Shown here in pieces: positions 14,301 through 27,127 of a stretch of DNA of 64,000 nucleotides. How positions within the stretch are numbered: position 1 is the first letter of the stretch; each line of letters opens with the position of its first letter. Below the pieces are notes generated by a model, which did no database searches, was not told where the DNA came from, and saw only the letters and a list, made by a program, of their open reading frames with translations. The position numbers were made by a program, and so were the translations under genes. The stretch is from Azolla caroliniana. Its lineage: Eukaryota; Plantae; Polypodiophyta. The stretch spans positions 4,402,001-4,466,000 of the forward strand of contig JBHGNT010000001.1 of assembly GCA_043228905.1 (NCBI GenBank), given 5' to 3'.

Positions 14301-16538
14301 TGATGCTTTAAAAAACATGCCATAGGAATTTAGAAGTCATTGCACAAATTGTTTCGTCTTACTCACATGTGTACTTAATGAGTTGGATCATGGTTCATGC
14401 GTTATCAAAGAAAACTAGTCCCTAAGTTCTAATTGTAGAATGGTCTAATTTGGGTAGGATGTTAAATAACTTCCATTTCTTGGATAATCTAACACAACGG
14501 ATTAGTTCTACAATTACCGTTTGAAACTAATTAGGTAATGTGATGGTGTGCCAAAATGGATGATTGGATCAATTCAAGTTGAGCAAGATGTGGAATATAA
14601 CCTTTGCAATATCAAGGCTACTTTTAAAATGGTATAATTATATTAGAGAATTTCTCTATTTAATGCTAGAATTTTTAGACATTGATTGTACTTCGAACAA
14701 AGGGCTAGATAGTTTGTTGATTCTTAAATATCTTAAAAGGAAAGTGGGAAGACTCGTATTTAACCATTTAGGGTGTCATACAAGGGTGTGTACATCTCTT
14801 AACATGCAATGCTATGCTAATATAAATATATGGCCATTAAAACCTAGGTAAGGAAGAGCACATGCTAGAATCATTATGTACAAAAGGGTTGAAGAGTTTG
14901 AAGTGCAAAAGAAATAAGGATTAACATTCATGAGACTGTCAGCATCTACAGTTTCTCCTCATGTCAAAAGTACAAAGTTTTAAATGGCGTCTGTCTCAAA
15001 ATTTGGGAACCAAGTCAAAGCCAAAATTCCCATATCATGATAAACATGTGTAATTTGAATCATGTTGATTGAGAAAAACTTGTGCGTGCTCTCAAATTTG
15101 ACGAAACCTTTCACAAATTGTTTGCCCTATCCTTCATATCCACAAGTCTCGTGACATGAAGAAGATTAATTGATTATGTCAAGCTATGAACTTGACGGTG
15201 GAGGAAGTAGGACTAAAGTTATTTTCTATGGAAAATAAATCCCAGAGAAAGTGTTTGTTAATACATTAATTTCATTTCAACAAAGAAGATATGGAAGCTT
15301 GAATTGATAATATGGGAGGGGATCATTTTCTTTTTTGATCATACTGAGCATATCTACAAGGAAAAAAGTGAGCAATTCATGGTGATAGGATTTCTCTAGA
15401 AAAATGGTACAATGATGGTTCTCCAGGCTCCTTATAGATGTAGTTTGTGCTAGGACTACCACTTTGGTCACAAGGTATCCACATTAGTGCTCATCTCCAA
15501 GTAACTAAAAGGCTCTCAAGATTTTGACCAAGGATGTTTGTTTTTTCAAATACATCAGTGTTATGTGCAAGTGGAACATGGATGTAGCATTTCATGTAGT
15601 ACACAATCACGCAATGGATCCTTGTTTTAATTTTGATATTGAAAATGAATGCGGGCTTATTATGAAGATACAATAATTAAATTGCAACAAAAAAAAATCT
15701 TATTTATTTAGGCAACATATTCTCGTGTATTCTATGGATATTGTCCTTTAATCAACCTAATATTTTATGCATTGGACATTGTTATTGATGTTTTATAATG
15801 TCCCTTGTAAGATATTTGGATTTGTTACGAAACGACATTCTCAACGAAAAAAGGCATTGCTTTTAGCATAGTCGGGCCCCACAATGACCACTAAACCCAA
15901 AAATATAGATAGAAGTCACATATTCTACAATTAACACTAATGAAATGCATCATATCAAAAGTCAAAGATATGCAATAGTGGACATTTGTTTTCTACCATG
16001 TAAAGGAAAGTACCCTTTTTTGTTGATTTTCTTAAAGATTAGATGGCCTAGGTATGAAGCTCTTTGGAAAGTTATGCGTGAGAGAAGGATGCTAGGCAAA
16101 CCATAGGCAAGAATTGGTGTATTACGAAGCCATGTCGAAGGTTTGCAAATAGTAATACATACTTTAGGGAGACACTAAAAAATTTGTTGTTTGCCATTAT
16201 TTAAAAATAACAAGCTATTTAGACACATACACATTTGCTTGCATATAGACTTTTATTTAGAGCCATCAATAAATTTGTGGCTTGAATGCACCATAGTTTC
16301 TAAAATAATAATGCTTGTCAAAAAAATACACAATCCCACAAGAAGAGTATATAAGATGAGCATAACAACGGAGAAATGTAGAGGTTTGAAGTGGTCCAAG
16401 CTTACGTAAAAAATAAATGGAATGAGTTCCATATTCCATCAAGCAAACTCTCAAGTCTAGCATTACAAACTTTAATTCAGAGCATTCAAGCTTTAGTGTT
16501 ACAAACTTTATTTTTATCAAAAAAGGGTCTGCTTTCCC

Positions 16539-16654
16539 ATTAGTTAGGAGAGTTTTCTTTTACAAAAAAGGCTATACAATGTGGCTGCACAACTGACTAT
16601 TAGTTAGGAGAGTTCTTTTTACAGAAAAGGCTATACAATGTGGCTGCACAACTC
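16539..16654. repeat. ~59-bp tandem duplication
   Basis: attagttaggagagtt..ttttaca.aaaaggctatacaatgtggctgcacaact twice. Confidence 0.85.
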
Positions 16655-17905
16655 CCAGCAAATGTACTGGTCGTGCTGTCCGTTAAAGAGAATACCTATA
16701 CTCACCTCATATATATATCAAGGTATCACCCCCCGCCCGACCAAAATATGACAACTATGGCTGCATACATATCCTCTCATATTGTCTACTTAATGTAAGT
16801 AGGTCAATAGAGCTATAAAAACATATTTCCAAAAATAGTGACCTCCATTGCTAGTAGGCACAAACCCGATCCCCCAGCCCTCAATAGAGGGCGGGAGGTG
16901 AACGAGAAACTTTTAACAATTCATTTTTATGCTAGACTGCTCCTTGACATGAATGTATAACAAATCCCATTTGAAGAATTTATGAGACGGACATAACAAA
17001 GGGAGACCATAGATGTTTGACATTGATCCAATCTTACATGAAGCGAAGGATGTAGTTGCTAAAGTTCCCATTACTAATATAACACGAACACAAAATATAG
17101 GGACGTTTGTATAGCACATGTTGTATCCTAAGATATAATAGACTTATGTCACTGAAATGATACATATGATTTATGTTCTTGCCAATACACATCCGTCATG
17201 CGTCTACATAGGTAGCCTCATGTTTATCACAATGTATAATTCGCAACATGACCCAACATATTGCTATTCATGTGGTGTAAATCAACCAATCAACCTTGAT
17301 TGGAGGATAGAAGCAGGCTAGGCTTCCATCAGTAGGACGTAAAAGGAGGAAATTTTTAACTATCCATAATTTTAAGGTCAATGTTCCACCACCAAGTAAG
17401 CAAAGATTTTGATTCGTGGTATCCTCTATCATATCATGCTTGCATAATGAATCAAATTATTCCACACACACTCTGTGTGCATGTGTGTGTTGTGAGGTTC
17501 AATGTATGCTACTTTTACTTGGAGGGACGAAGTTTTTTTTTCTTTGGGGGTTGGGGGGAGCGGGAGTTCAATTAAGTGAAGCAAAGTGCACAAAATGCAT
17601 TGGTGTAGAAAGTTTCCTTGATGCAGAGACATTATCCATTTCACTCATATCAATACCAAAAATGATTGGAGCATCCATTGATCATTGATTCTACAACCAT
17701 AGCTCATGTTTAAAAGAAGCAAGAAATTTAATAAACTGCCTGAGACATGTTATTTTCTTGAGGAATGAGCTCAAAATGTAAAGATTGCAGCATACATAAG
17801 CTCCAAACCCCAACATCAAATAAATGAATCTTAGATCTAGGAGTTCAAAGAAAATAAATCAGCATTACCTTGCAGAAAGTAATTAGTCTCTAATCTAGAC
17901 TATAC

Positions 17906-20716
17906 CTATGCAGGAACCTTTGTGTAGTATCGAACTGCAAGTGCCAAACCCAAAATTCCGAGTGGCACTGCAAACTGTAGAATTTTAATGATAAATTCAG
18001 GTGTCTTGTCTGAGTTATACGAGGGCTGCTTGCTAGGTTTATTAGTCACGCTCTTGGGTATAGTTGAAGCATCTATATCTCCAATACAGTATTTTGTCAG
18101 CATTTCTCTCGCGGTTTTACTGTGCCCAACATCTTCAAAATCATCTGTTGCATCTTTACCTGATTATGAAAAATTCAGAGATTAACTGAAATAAGGATAT
18201 TACAACATGAGAATATATAAAATTCTTGCAATTTCAAGACAGGATGTCAGACCAGTTGCTGATAAAATTACATCGTCTCCTCCTGGATGTTCATCTAGGA
18301 ATTTCGTGACGTTATATACCTGGTGGAGACATTACAAATAAATTGAGTCAAGCATTAACATTTGGTACTGAGTCCCAACAAGATAACATACACAAGCTAC
18401 CTATAAATGCAACATAAATTCTTTAATATAGCTGTAGCAGATTCAACCTCAACATAGCTTGCACAAATGTGTGAACACAATAGTACTCCAATTGCTGAGC
18501 TGAGATTGGGGACACAATGTCTCACAAGATGATTCTCAATGTTACAAAAATCAGGAGAAACTCCTGAAAGTTTTCATTATTTCTGCAAACGCACCAGTTG
18601 ACCCCCCAAACGAGAGAAAATGGTGATAACTAACTGTATAGCTGCTAAAATGGCACATATAATTGAGGGAAAGGATATTTCCCTTATAATTGGAAAAAAC
18701 GAGATGAGTTGCACTTATAATTGCTCAAATCGCACACAATAATTGCTTCTGTGTGATCAACCAAGTGCATTTAGGGAAAGTAAAATACTTTTGGCAGTTA
18801 GGGAAAAAAGAAAAACTCTTGATGCACATTGATATTATTTTCAACCATGATGTAACTATTCATACAAATGTTACACATGGGAGGAATAAGTCTTACACAA
18901 ATGTATCAGATGCATAACGTAGCACCAGTTGAAAAGAAATGTATACTATGGAAAGCTTGTAATAAATTGGTACTCAAGTGAAATTTTACAAATATAACAA
19001 GAAAACTCGGTCTTTTAAGACGCATAAATAAAATGTGATCATTAAAGACCCCATTTAGTAAAGGCATACAAAGTGATGATACGAGGACGCAATAACCTTT
19101 ATTTGCATCACTACATGCATTGAGAATTCTACATGTACATGGAACACTAATCATACTACTGCAAATCAGCACTCTCCTGCTATTTTGTAATAACAAAAGG
19201 ATCCAAGAATGTGGCAAAATAATGCTTGCAACAGACCACATACGCACACAAGCAGTAAGTTTGATATGCATTAACACAAAGGAAACCCCCATCAGAATAT
19301 GGACAATACCATATCAGGCCTTAAATGGCAATTGGAATGCGTGCATCTGATCCCATAAACAGAAAAGGTGGTAATTTTGACATATATCACCACATACGGG
19401 TGAGTCAATACACTCACAATTTTGACGATATTAAGCCATTCTATAAATGTACGCAGAAGTAACCAAGAACGTATGGCAATCGGAATGCATGCAACTGATT
19501 GTATATGTGCTATACACACTTCAAATATCAACTCACAGATACTTCTCATGTACCAACAGATGGATTTTGAGATATGCAATTCCAAATCATAAGAGATATG
19601 GATTCTGATCTTCTTTCTGCAGAGCGTTATAAGATGATGAAATGCATGGACAAAATAAGGCAGTGCAATGTAATAAACGTTGCAAATTTTTATGCCTACA
19701 GAATTACAGATTCTGATATGAAACAGGCTTCTCTAAGGTTAAAGAAACCTAAAAAAACAACAGAAAGCTGCTAAAACCCTCGACCTAAAGAACTCTGGAG
19801 TAAGGTTCAGCATCTTAAGTATGATGAAACCAAGCAAAATATGAATACGGGAAACTTCTAATCTGGATTTGTCCGCATCAAGTTGAAAGAGAATGAAAAC
19901 TAAAGAACGAAAGGAAAACTTGCTTTCGTAAGGATTAAGAAAACTAATAAAACAACAGCAACTTGCTAAGATCCTCAACCTGAAGAACTATGGTTTAAGG
20001 TTTGGCGGTTTTAAGTATGATTAAAACCAGCAAAATATGAATGTGAGAAAGTTCTGTACAAACATAAAAGACGTATTATTCTGATCAGGATTTGTCCGTA
20101 TCAGGTTTAAAGAAAGTGAAAACACGCAGCATTTTTTAAATGTGAGGCGACTGCAAAACCAAAGAATCGCCAAGACTATGTGGTCTGGCATTTTCTGCAG
20201 GCGATCGCACATCATTAAACAGCCGACAAGATCAAGATTTATGAATAAACAGCTAATTGTACGATCTTGTGATCACATACCAAAAGAAGGATTTCGCGAT
20301 GGGTATTTTATCCCACATTGTCTGTATAAGAGTTATAAATTATGAAGCTGAAAACATACGCAGAAAAGATGCAAAATTTCTGAATGAACATGTAGCATTG
20401 TGTGATCTTGTGAGCTCAAACGTAAAGAAGAATCCACTTGATCAAGAACTGTCTATAGAAGTTTAATGGAGGACGAAGACGAGGACGATTAAAGCTCACC
20501 TAGAATGAGAGCACGATAAATTACACGATCTAGCAACCAAGAAAGAACTACAGGTTCTGATGGAGTTATCTTTGTGTGTGTAGCAGGATCGCTAGAAGGG
20601 TGGTGATGGTGGTGGTGACGATACGAAAAGCTTTTTACCTTGCCAGAGATAATGATCCAGCAGTCCTGAGGGGAGCTATGTTTTGAGACCTGCTCCAGGG
20701 TGAAGATTTCCGCCAT
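17906..20716 (-). CDS. CB5: Cytochrome b5 (tail-anchored), 3 exons, 132 aa
   Basis: Exons 20716-20639, 18319-18253, 18159-17906. Translation MAEIFTLEQVSKHSSPQDCWIIISGK|VYNVTKFLDEHPGGDDVILSATG|KDATDDFEDVGHS...FIIKILQFAVPLGILGLALAVRYYTK has both heme-ligand His and a C-terminal TM. Confidence 0.97.
19739..20115. repeat. Diverged ~200-bp duplication in cytochrome b5 intron 1
   Basis: aaaacaacag..gctaa...aagaact.tgg..taaggtt...ttaagtatgat..aac..gcaaaatatgaat...ggatttgtccg.atca at ~19739 and ~19935. Confidence 0.7.
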
Positions 20717-21899
20717 CTCTATATCTCTGCAGACCTCTAACGAACGAACGAACGAAAGAAAGCAAGAAAGAAAGAAGAGAAAAACCCTAACTAAAGCAAG
20801 ACAGCAAAAATAAACGCACAGTGAGAGAGAGAGAGAGAGAGAGAAACAAACGAGTTTAATGAATTACAGGTGACATTGATGATGGTGTAGAGATCTTGTC
20901 TTGGGGGGTGGGCCAACGAGAGTATGGCATGGTATGGTATGGTATCGTGGTTCTATGGGGGATGGCATGGTCGTTATGTGTCACGCTCAAGTGCACCTGT
21001 CGTCCTACATTTGTCGTCCCTCACCGACTCAATGATCATTATAAGTGGAATTTGGGAGCATGTCGGTGCGAGACGTGATTTACACAATCCTACATACATA
21101 TGGCTAATGGGATGCATGGTGGCGAATGCATCTAGTAGTCGTTATGGGTTTTTGGAGAGCCGATCTATGTAGCCTTGTGAGGTAGGGCTTCTATGTAAAG
21201 TCTCTAACTCGCAAGTGCTAGAACATGACATCAATGGAGTTTAGGAGTTTATGTACACCCATATTCGCTAAGCCACACTTAGAAGTTGCTCAAGCTTGCT
21301 AGATATTCATATGTTGTCGGTGATGTTCAACCATATATTCTCAATGGATTATCGGTAGAATGGTAAAACACTAATGTGGGCTACATGCCAACAAATAGCC
21401 ATGTGAACTAGTTAGTGTTTATTATGAGGTTGTCTAGTTGGAATTTATGTGATGGTGCACAATCCTATACTTATTATTAGGGCTAAGAAACCAATATACA
21501 ACGCACATTAGATCTATATATACCTCATTGTGAGTATTTTTGTAACTTGATGATACTTATTAATATAGAGAAAAGTCTTTAGCTACACTCTTGTCAATCA
21601 TCCCCCCATTTTGTCTTATTGTTCACAAGTGTTCTTTCTCTCTTCCTCTCATACTCTCACATACACACACACACACATCACATAAGCTTCCGCTACTTGA
21701 TCACATACATGATCAACTACTTACATAATTAGACACTAATTAACCCTTAGTTAATTACCTAATTAATAACATTTAGATTATACCCTCAGGCATATATTTT
21801 CACCCGTTTATGTTTGGTGGATGAGAATATTAGTCTAATAGTTATGTATAGTGTTTCCATTGTCCTTCATGATGTGGTGTCAATATCAATAACCTCTTA

Positions 21900-24650
21900 G
21901 AAGAACTTCAACATTGGAGACCAATTACCTTGTTGAATGTTATTTATAAAATATTAGCAAAAACATTAGCTAGAAGGCTACAACCTTATCTGTCGGAGCT
22001 GATCCATTATTCTCAGATTGGTTTCATACAAGAGAGAAGTATTTTTGATAACATTATTCTCTTTTGGGAAATGGTTGCCTTTGCGGAATTGCGTAAGCAA
22101 GACTTAGCAGTATTATTTCTTGATTTTGAAAAGGCTTATGACAGAGTGGACTGGGATTTTATGGAGGGAACATTGGTTAGGATGGGTTTCCCAAACACAT
22201 GGATAAGAGGAGTATCAACATTATATCGTGATGCGTATAGCTCTCTTTTATTTGCAGGGGATGTTGGTAGGAGATTCCTGATCTCAAGATCTCTAAGACA
22301 AGGATGTCCACTTGCTCCTTTCCTGTTTTTATTAGTATCCGATGCATTTTCTGTACATCTTAATTCTCAAGATGTAAATATCAAAGGGTTAGCATTACCA
22401 GTGTCGTATGTTGTTGTGGATAGTGAGTTTGTTGATGACATAGCTTTATATGTTCAGGCTTCACGATTAAATTTAGCACAGGTGCAAAAGGTTGTGGATG
22501 ATTTTTCAGATGCATCGGGTGCATTGATAAATTGGAATAAGTCATCAGGCTTTTGGGTTGCTCCGGGAGAGCCACCAGTTAATGTGCCTTCCTTAGGATT
22601 CACATGGATACCTAAAGGTCAGTCCATTAGGTATTTAGGCTGTAGAGTGGGCTTGGAACTAAAGGCAGAGGATATGGTTGCACCCTTGTTATTAAGATTA
22701 AGGAATACGTTAATTTACTGGAATAAGGAAAAGCTATCTTTAGCAGGTTGGATAGTTGTAGCTAATTCGGTCCTTCTGTCCTCGATTTGGTATATAGCAT
22801 CTACATGGCTATTTTCGAGGACAATAATGCTTAAAGTTCAACACCTAATACAGAATTTTATTTGGGGGAACAACCCATCTAACAATTCGGTAGCAAAGGT
22901 AGCTTGGATGGTTCTTATACAACCTAAGCGGAAAGGAGGTTTAGGTTTGATTGATCCTTTTATGCAAAGTAAAGCCTTACTTTCTAAACATGTTGTTACG
23001 AGTTTATTGCCAAGAGAGGAGTTATGGAAAAAGCTATGGATTCGGCATTTACATAACATTAAGCCATCAACATGTGATTAATGGAAAGATAGTCTTAGAT
23101 GGTTTTTTAATGCAGATTTTCCATTGCCAAAGTCTAATGTTGGATCCCTACATTTTTTTAATGGAATATTTCGAGCATGGGAAAGTATTCGCCAAGCACT
23201 CGTTTTCTTGCCTCCGAAAACTTATACTCAATTCATGCGTCAACCTTTGATATGGAACCCTTTATTTACGGATGAAGCCGCATATGTGTTGGGTCTAAGG
23301 CCTAGGTTATCTTGGGCTGCAATGGATAATGGTCCAGCCCGTACAGTTGCGGATTGGATAAACTTCTTGCAAACATCGGCTCAAAACCGAAAGAATAGGT
23401 TGTATAGGTTAAGAGGGGCAAATATAATGGTAGATCAATTGTCCATGGTGTATCAGGTCACAATACCAACTTTGCAACTCGATCATTTTCAAAGGTGGTA
23501 CGGTATGTTTTCGACACTTAATATACTTATAGGTGCTCGTTTATATCATCAAAATGGCCGTATTCACTTCTATGAAGTGTTAGATAATGGTAGGTTGGTA
23601 TTAGTAGATGTCGAGTCTCCAATCATGTCTGCTGCGAAGCAATTACCAGTGCGAGTAATTGCTAGATTGGATAAAAAATTGGTTATTGACCCTAGTCCCT
23701 TAATTGTTAACTATGCATCTCATATTTGGGTTGTACACGCTAGACCACTTGTGGATCTGCAGTGGGATCCTGCGGATTATGGTTGGAAATTGTCCATGCC
23801 TAATAATTCCACTAAGGTCCTACCATTTTTCACATATTTGGTGGCGTTTGGGAGAAACTTTATGTTGTGTCAGATTGAGTCAATACCTGCGGGAAAAAAG
23901 TATTGGGACGAAGGTAATGTATCATCTTCTCAGATGATGATGTTTTGGAAACACTTTTGGTCAATTAAATGTATGAACAAGATATTACACTTTCGTTGGT
24001 TGATGATTCATTATGTGTTGCCAATAGGTGATTTGATGAGGGGATCTGTAACTGATCGGTCGTGTGTTATGTGTGGTTATGCAAGTGAGTCATTGCTTCA
24101 TGTATTTTGGGAATGTGTTGTCACAAAAAAGTTTTGGTTTAGAATTCTTAGGCTACTAGGTCGTAAGTATAGGTCAGGGATTTTTACGTGGGGTGCAGTC
24201 TTATGGGGAAGGTTAGATCAACAAATGACTTTTTATCATTAGCATTACTCTTCTTTGTCATTACGTGTCACAAGTTTGCAGGTAGACTATACTTCAACCT
24301 CATTGCAGGGAATCAAGTTTTTCTCCCAGAGTCACATCTGGCAAATTGTCTCCTCTTTGGCTTTATGGATTCTTTGGAAAGCTAGGTGCTCCAAGCTATA
24401 CAATGATGAAAACACGCACATCGTGGATCAGGTTAAGTTCTTTTGGAACTTATTGGTACATACAGTAAAAGGTGAATATGATAGTTATAAGGGTTCTGGA
24501 CACACAACTAATAAGAAAAGAATGAGAATTCGTAAAGTTTGGTCGTCTATACCTATTATGTTGAATGAAGCCGCAGATGTCAAGTGGAACTATGTACCGC
24601 CTCGGTGGTTATTCCCGCCACCGGCACCATCTTTAGTAGAAATAACATGA
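21900..24650 (+). pseudogene. LINE ORF2 (reverse transcriptase + zf-RVT), one frame with two in-frame stops; ORF1 and endonuclease missing
   Basis: WRPITLLNVIYKILAK, LDFEKAYDRVDW, LRQGCPLAPFLF, FVDD, IRYLG, KGGLG, CVMC..ESLLHVFWEC, WILWKAR. ORFs at 21930, 23124 and 24255 share one frame, interrupted by TAA 23079 and TAG 24240. Confidence 0.93.
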
Positions 24651-24699
24651 TATAATATAGATGATTGTTGATCTTTTTGTCAAGATAATTGATGTTGGT

Positions 24700-25410
24700 G
24701 AAAATCAAGGACATGGCAAGCCAAAATTGGGTGTTGATTAGCGATAAGGCAAGATGGTTGTTGTGGATGTAAGAAGCAATTTTCTTATGAGTGATAAGGA
24801 GGAGTGTAGATGGTGTGGGGGTTGAAGAAGCATATTATCATGAGTTGGTGAGGGTTTTTTTTACATTAATTTGTTTGTGGTCTATATGGCAGGATGCTTG
24901 ATGGAAGGAAATCAAGGACATGGCAAGCCAAATTTTGGTGCCAATTAGCGAGAAGGCGAGATGGTTGTTGTGGATATAAGAAGCAATTTCTTCTGAGCGA
25001 TAAGGATGAGTGTAGATGGTGTGGGGGTTGATGAAACAATTATCATGAGCTGTAATTTGGCGGTAATCGGTGAGCTGGTTGATGTGGACGTAAGAAGAAT
25101 TTTTTGAGGGATAAGGATGAGCAAAGACGGTGTGGGGGGTGAAGCAGAATATTATGAGTAGGTATAGGAAATTGTTGAAAACGAGCAGTGATTGCCAAGA
25201 TGGATGTTGTGGAAATGGAAGCTGTTTATTTTTTTGAAAGGATGAGCGAGAATGTTGTCAACGTCATGAGTGGATTGGGACAACTAATTTTTTCTTGGTT
25301 TGTCTATGCAGGAATTTCAAGGAAAATGGAGCGATAGCTGATGTGGAAATATTTGAAGCACATTTTTGTTTATAGTTTATATAACGATGAGCGAAGATGG
25401 TGGCGGAGGC
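24700..25410. repeat. Degenerate tandem repeats in the LINE 3' tail
   Basis: aaatcaaggacatggcaagcca...gttgtggat.taagaagcaat...gataagga.gagtgtagatggtgtgggggttga at ~24700 and ~24908; partial copies ~25080, ~25200, ~25340. Confidence 0.8.
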
Positions 25411-25475
25411 AGAAGAAAAGTTTAGTGAGGGTCTGAGGAGAGTGGATTTTAGTAGAGAACTAGTCTTTCCATATG

Positions 25476-25835
<360 letters not shown>

Positions 25836-25844
25836 TCTTAGTTT

Positions 25845-26205
25845 TCTGCAGGCATTTTGAAAGCTTGTGGGTGCATTAGATCCACAAACAGGGGCGAGGA
25901 GATACATTTCCATTCTGAGAGGAAAGAGCTTTTATGAAAAAGCCAACTTGTTGGAAATGCACTAGTAGATATGATGTGAAATGTGGCATGAGCAAAAGAC
26001 AGTGCTTGACATGGAATACATTGACATGGAATACATTGTTTACAGGTTATGTGCACTAGGAGCTTGAAGAGCAGACTCTTAATGCTTTTGAGTGGATGCA
26101 AAAGAAGAGAATCTCTCTCCTAATTTTGTCACATTTGCAGGGTATGGCCAGATGAGAAGAAATGGAGTTTTAGCAAATCCGGTTGGAAATGCTTGTAGTC
26201 ATACA
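25845..26205 (+). pseudogene. Decayed PLS-class PPR gene fragment inside the LINE tail
   Basis: ILKACGCIRSTNRGEEIH, LVGNALVDM..VKCG, TWNTLFTGYVH, AFEWMQK..PNFVTF, NACSH; stops and frameshifts. Confidence 0.85.
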
Positions 26206-27127
26206 ACCATGGTAGATAAATGTCAAATATATTGTGAAGCCATGGTGATGAGCATTTATTTGTATGCTGATCAGCATGCGAGAATGGAAGAAGATGGAGG
26301 AACATTGGGTCTTATCCAATGATCACATGAGATGGGAAGAAGAGGTCATGTATGTGCGTCCACCGTTCTTTGTAGTCTTCTACTTTGAGTCTTTGAGTTT
26401 TTTATTGGCCTATCATGGCCATAGCTTTTACGATGTTGTCAGACTAATCATTTTCTCATGTATGAAGAATTTATACTAATGAAGAATATTGTTTTGGAAA
26501 AAAAATAAAATCAATAACCTCTTCGTAGTTCATAACTTAAACCTATCACACATGTTCCATTTCATTTGGTGATGTGAATTATGGTTAATGACATATGTTG
26601 TGAACTTATTGATTTGGTTCTTGAATGTTCTCGTCCATCCTCAAGGGTGTATTGTATACCAATGGTGTAAGTTGCATACCAATTGCGCTATTTTTATTCC
26701 CGAACGTATTGACTCTTGGGTATCATTGATGAAAGGATTTAGAAACTCTGACCCAATTGAAGAATAAAGTAGGATACCTTAAATTATGTGAAGGACAATG
26801 GATGCCTACATTAGCAACCATCATTCGGTTATACAATATGAAACCCCAAAAGTTACAAGTTTACAAAGCTTTCCTAGAAGCAGGATCCAAATTTGAATTG
26901 ACAATCAATAAAACACACACACACACACACACACCATTGCACTCGTCAATAATCCTTGTTGAATATTGAGGATACTCATTGTCTACGGGGGTCTATGCAC
27001 ATAAGTTCTCTTTTCTCCTTTGATGGTCAAATTTGTATAGTAAAAAATAAGTACTTTGTTTTGTGTTTCCTATAGCTTGTTCAATTGAGATACATTTGGG
27101 ACGTTCTTTGGCATCTCAATGATTGTT

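Noticed and set aside
16505-16915. Possible short minus-strand retroelement 3' end
   Set aside because: Only a weak A-rich tail and a 7-bp low-complexity TSD candidate; no coding support
23079-24242. In-frame TAA/TAG in LINE ORF2 as read-through or U-to-C editing sites
   Set aside because: Simplest explanation is C-to-T decay of CAA/CAG in a methylated nuclear TE; plant U-to-C editing is organellar
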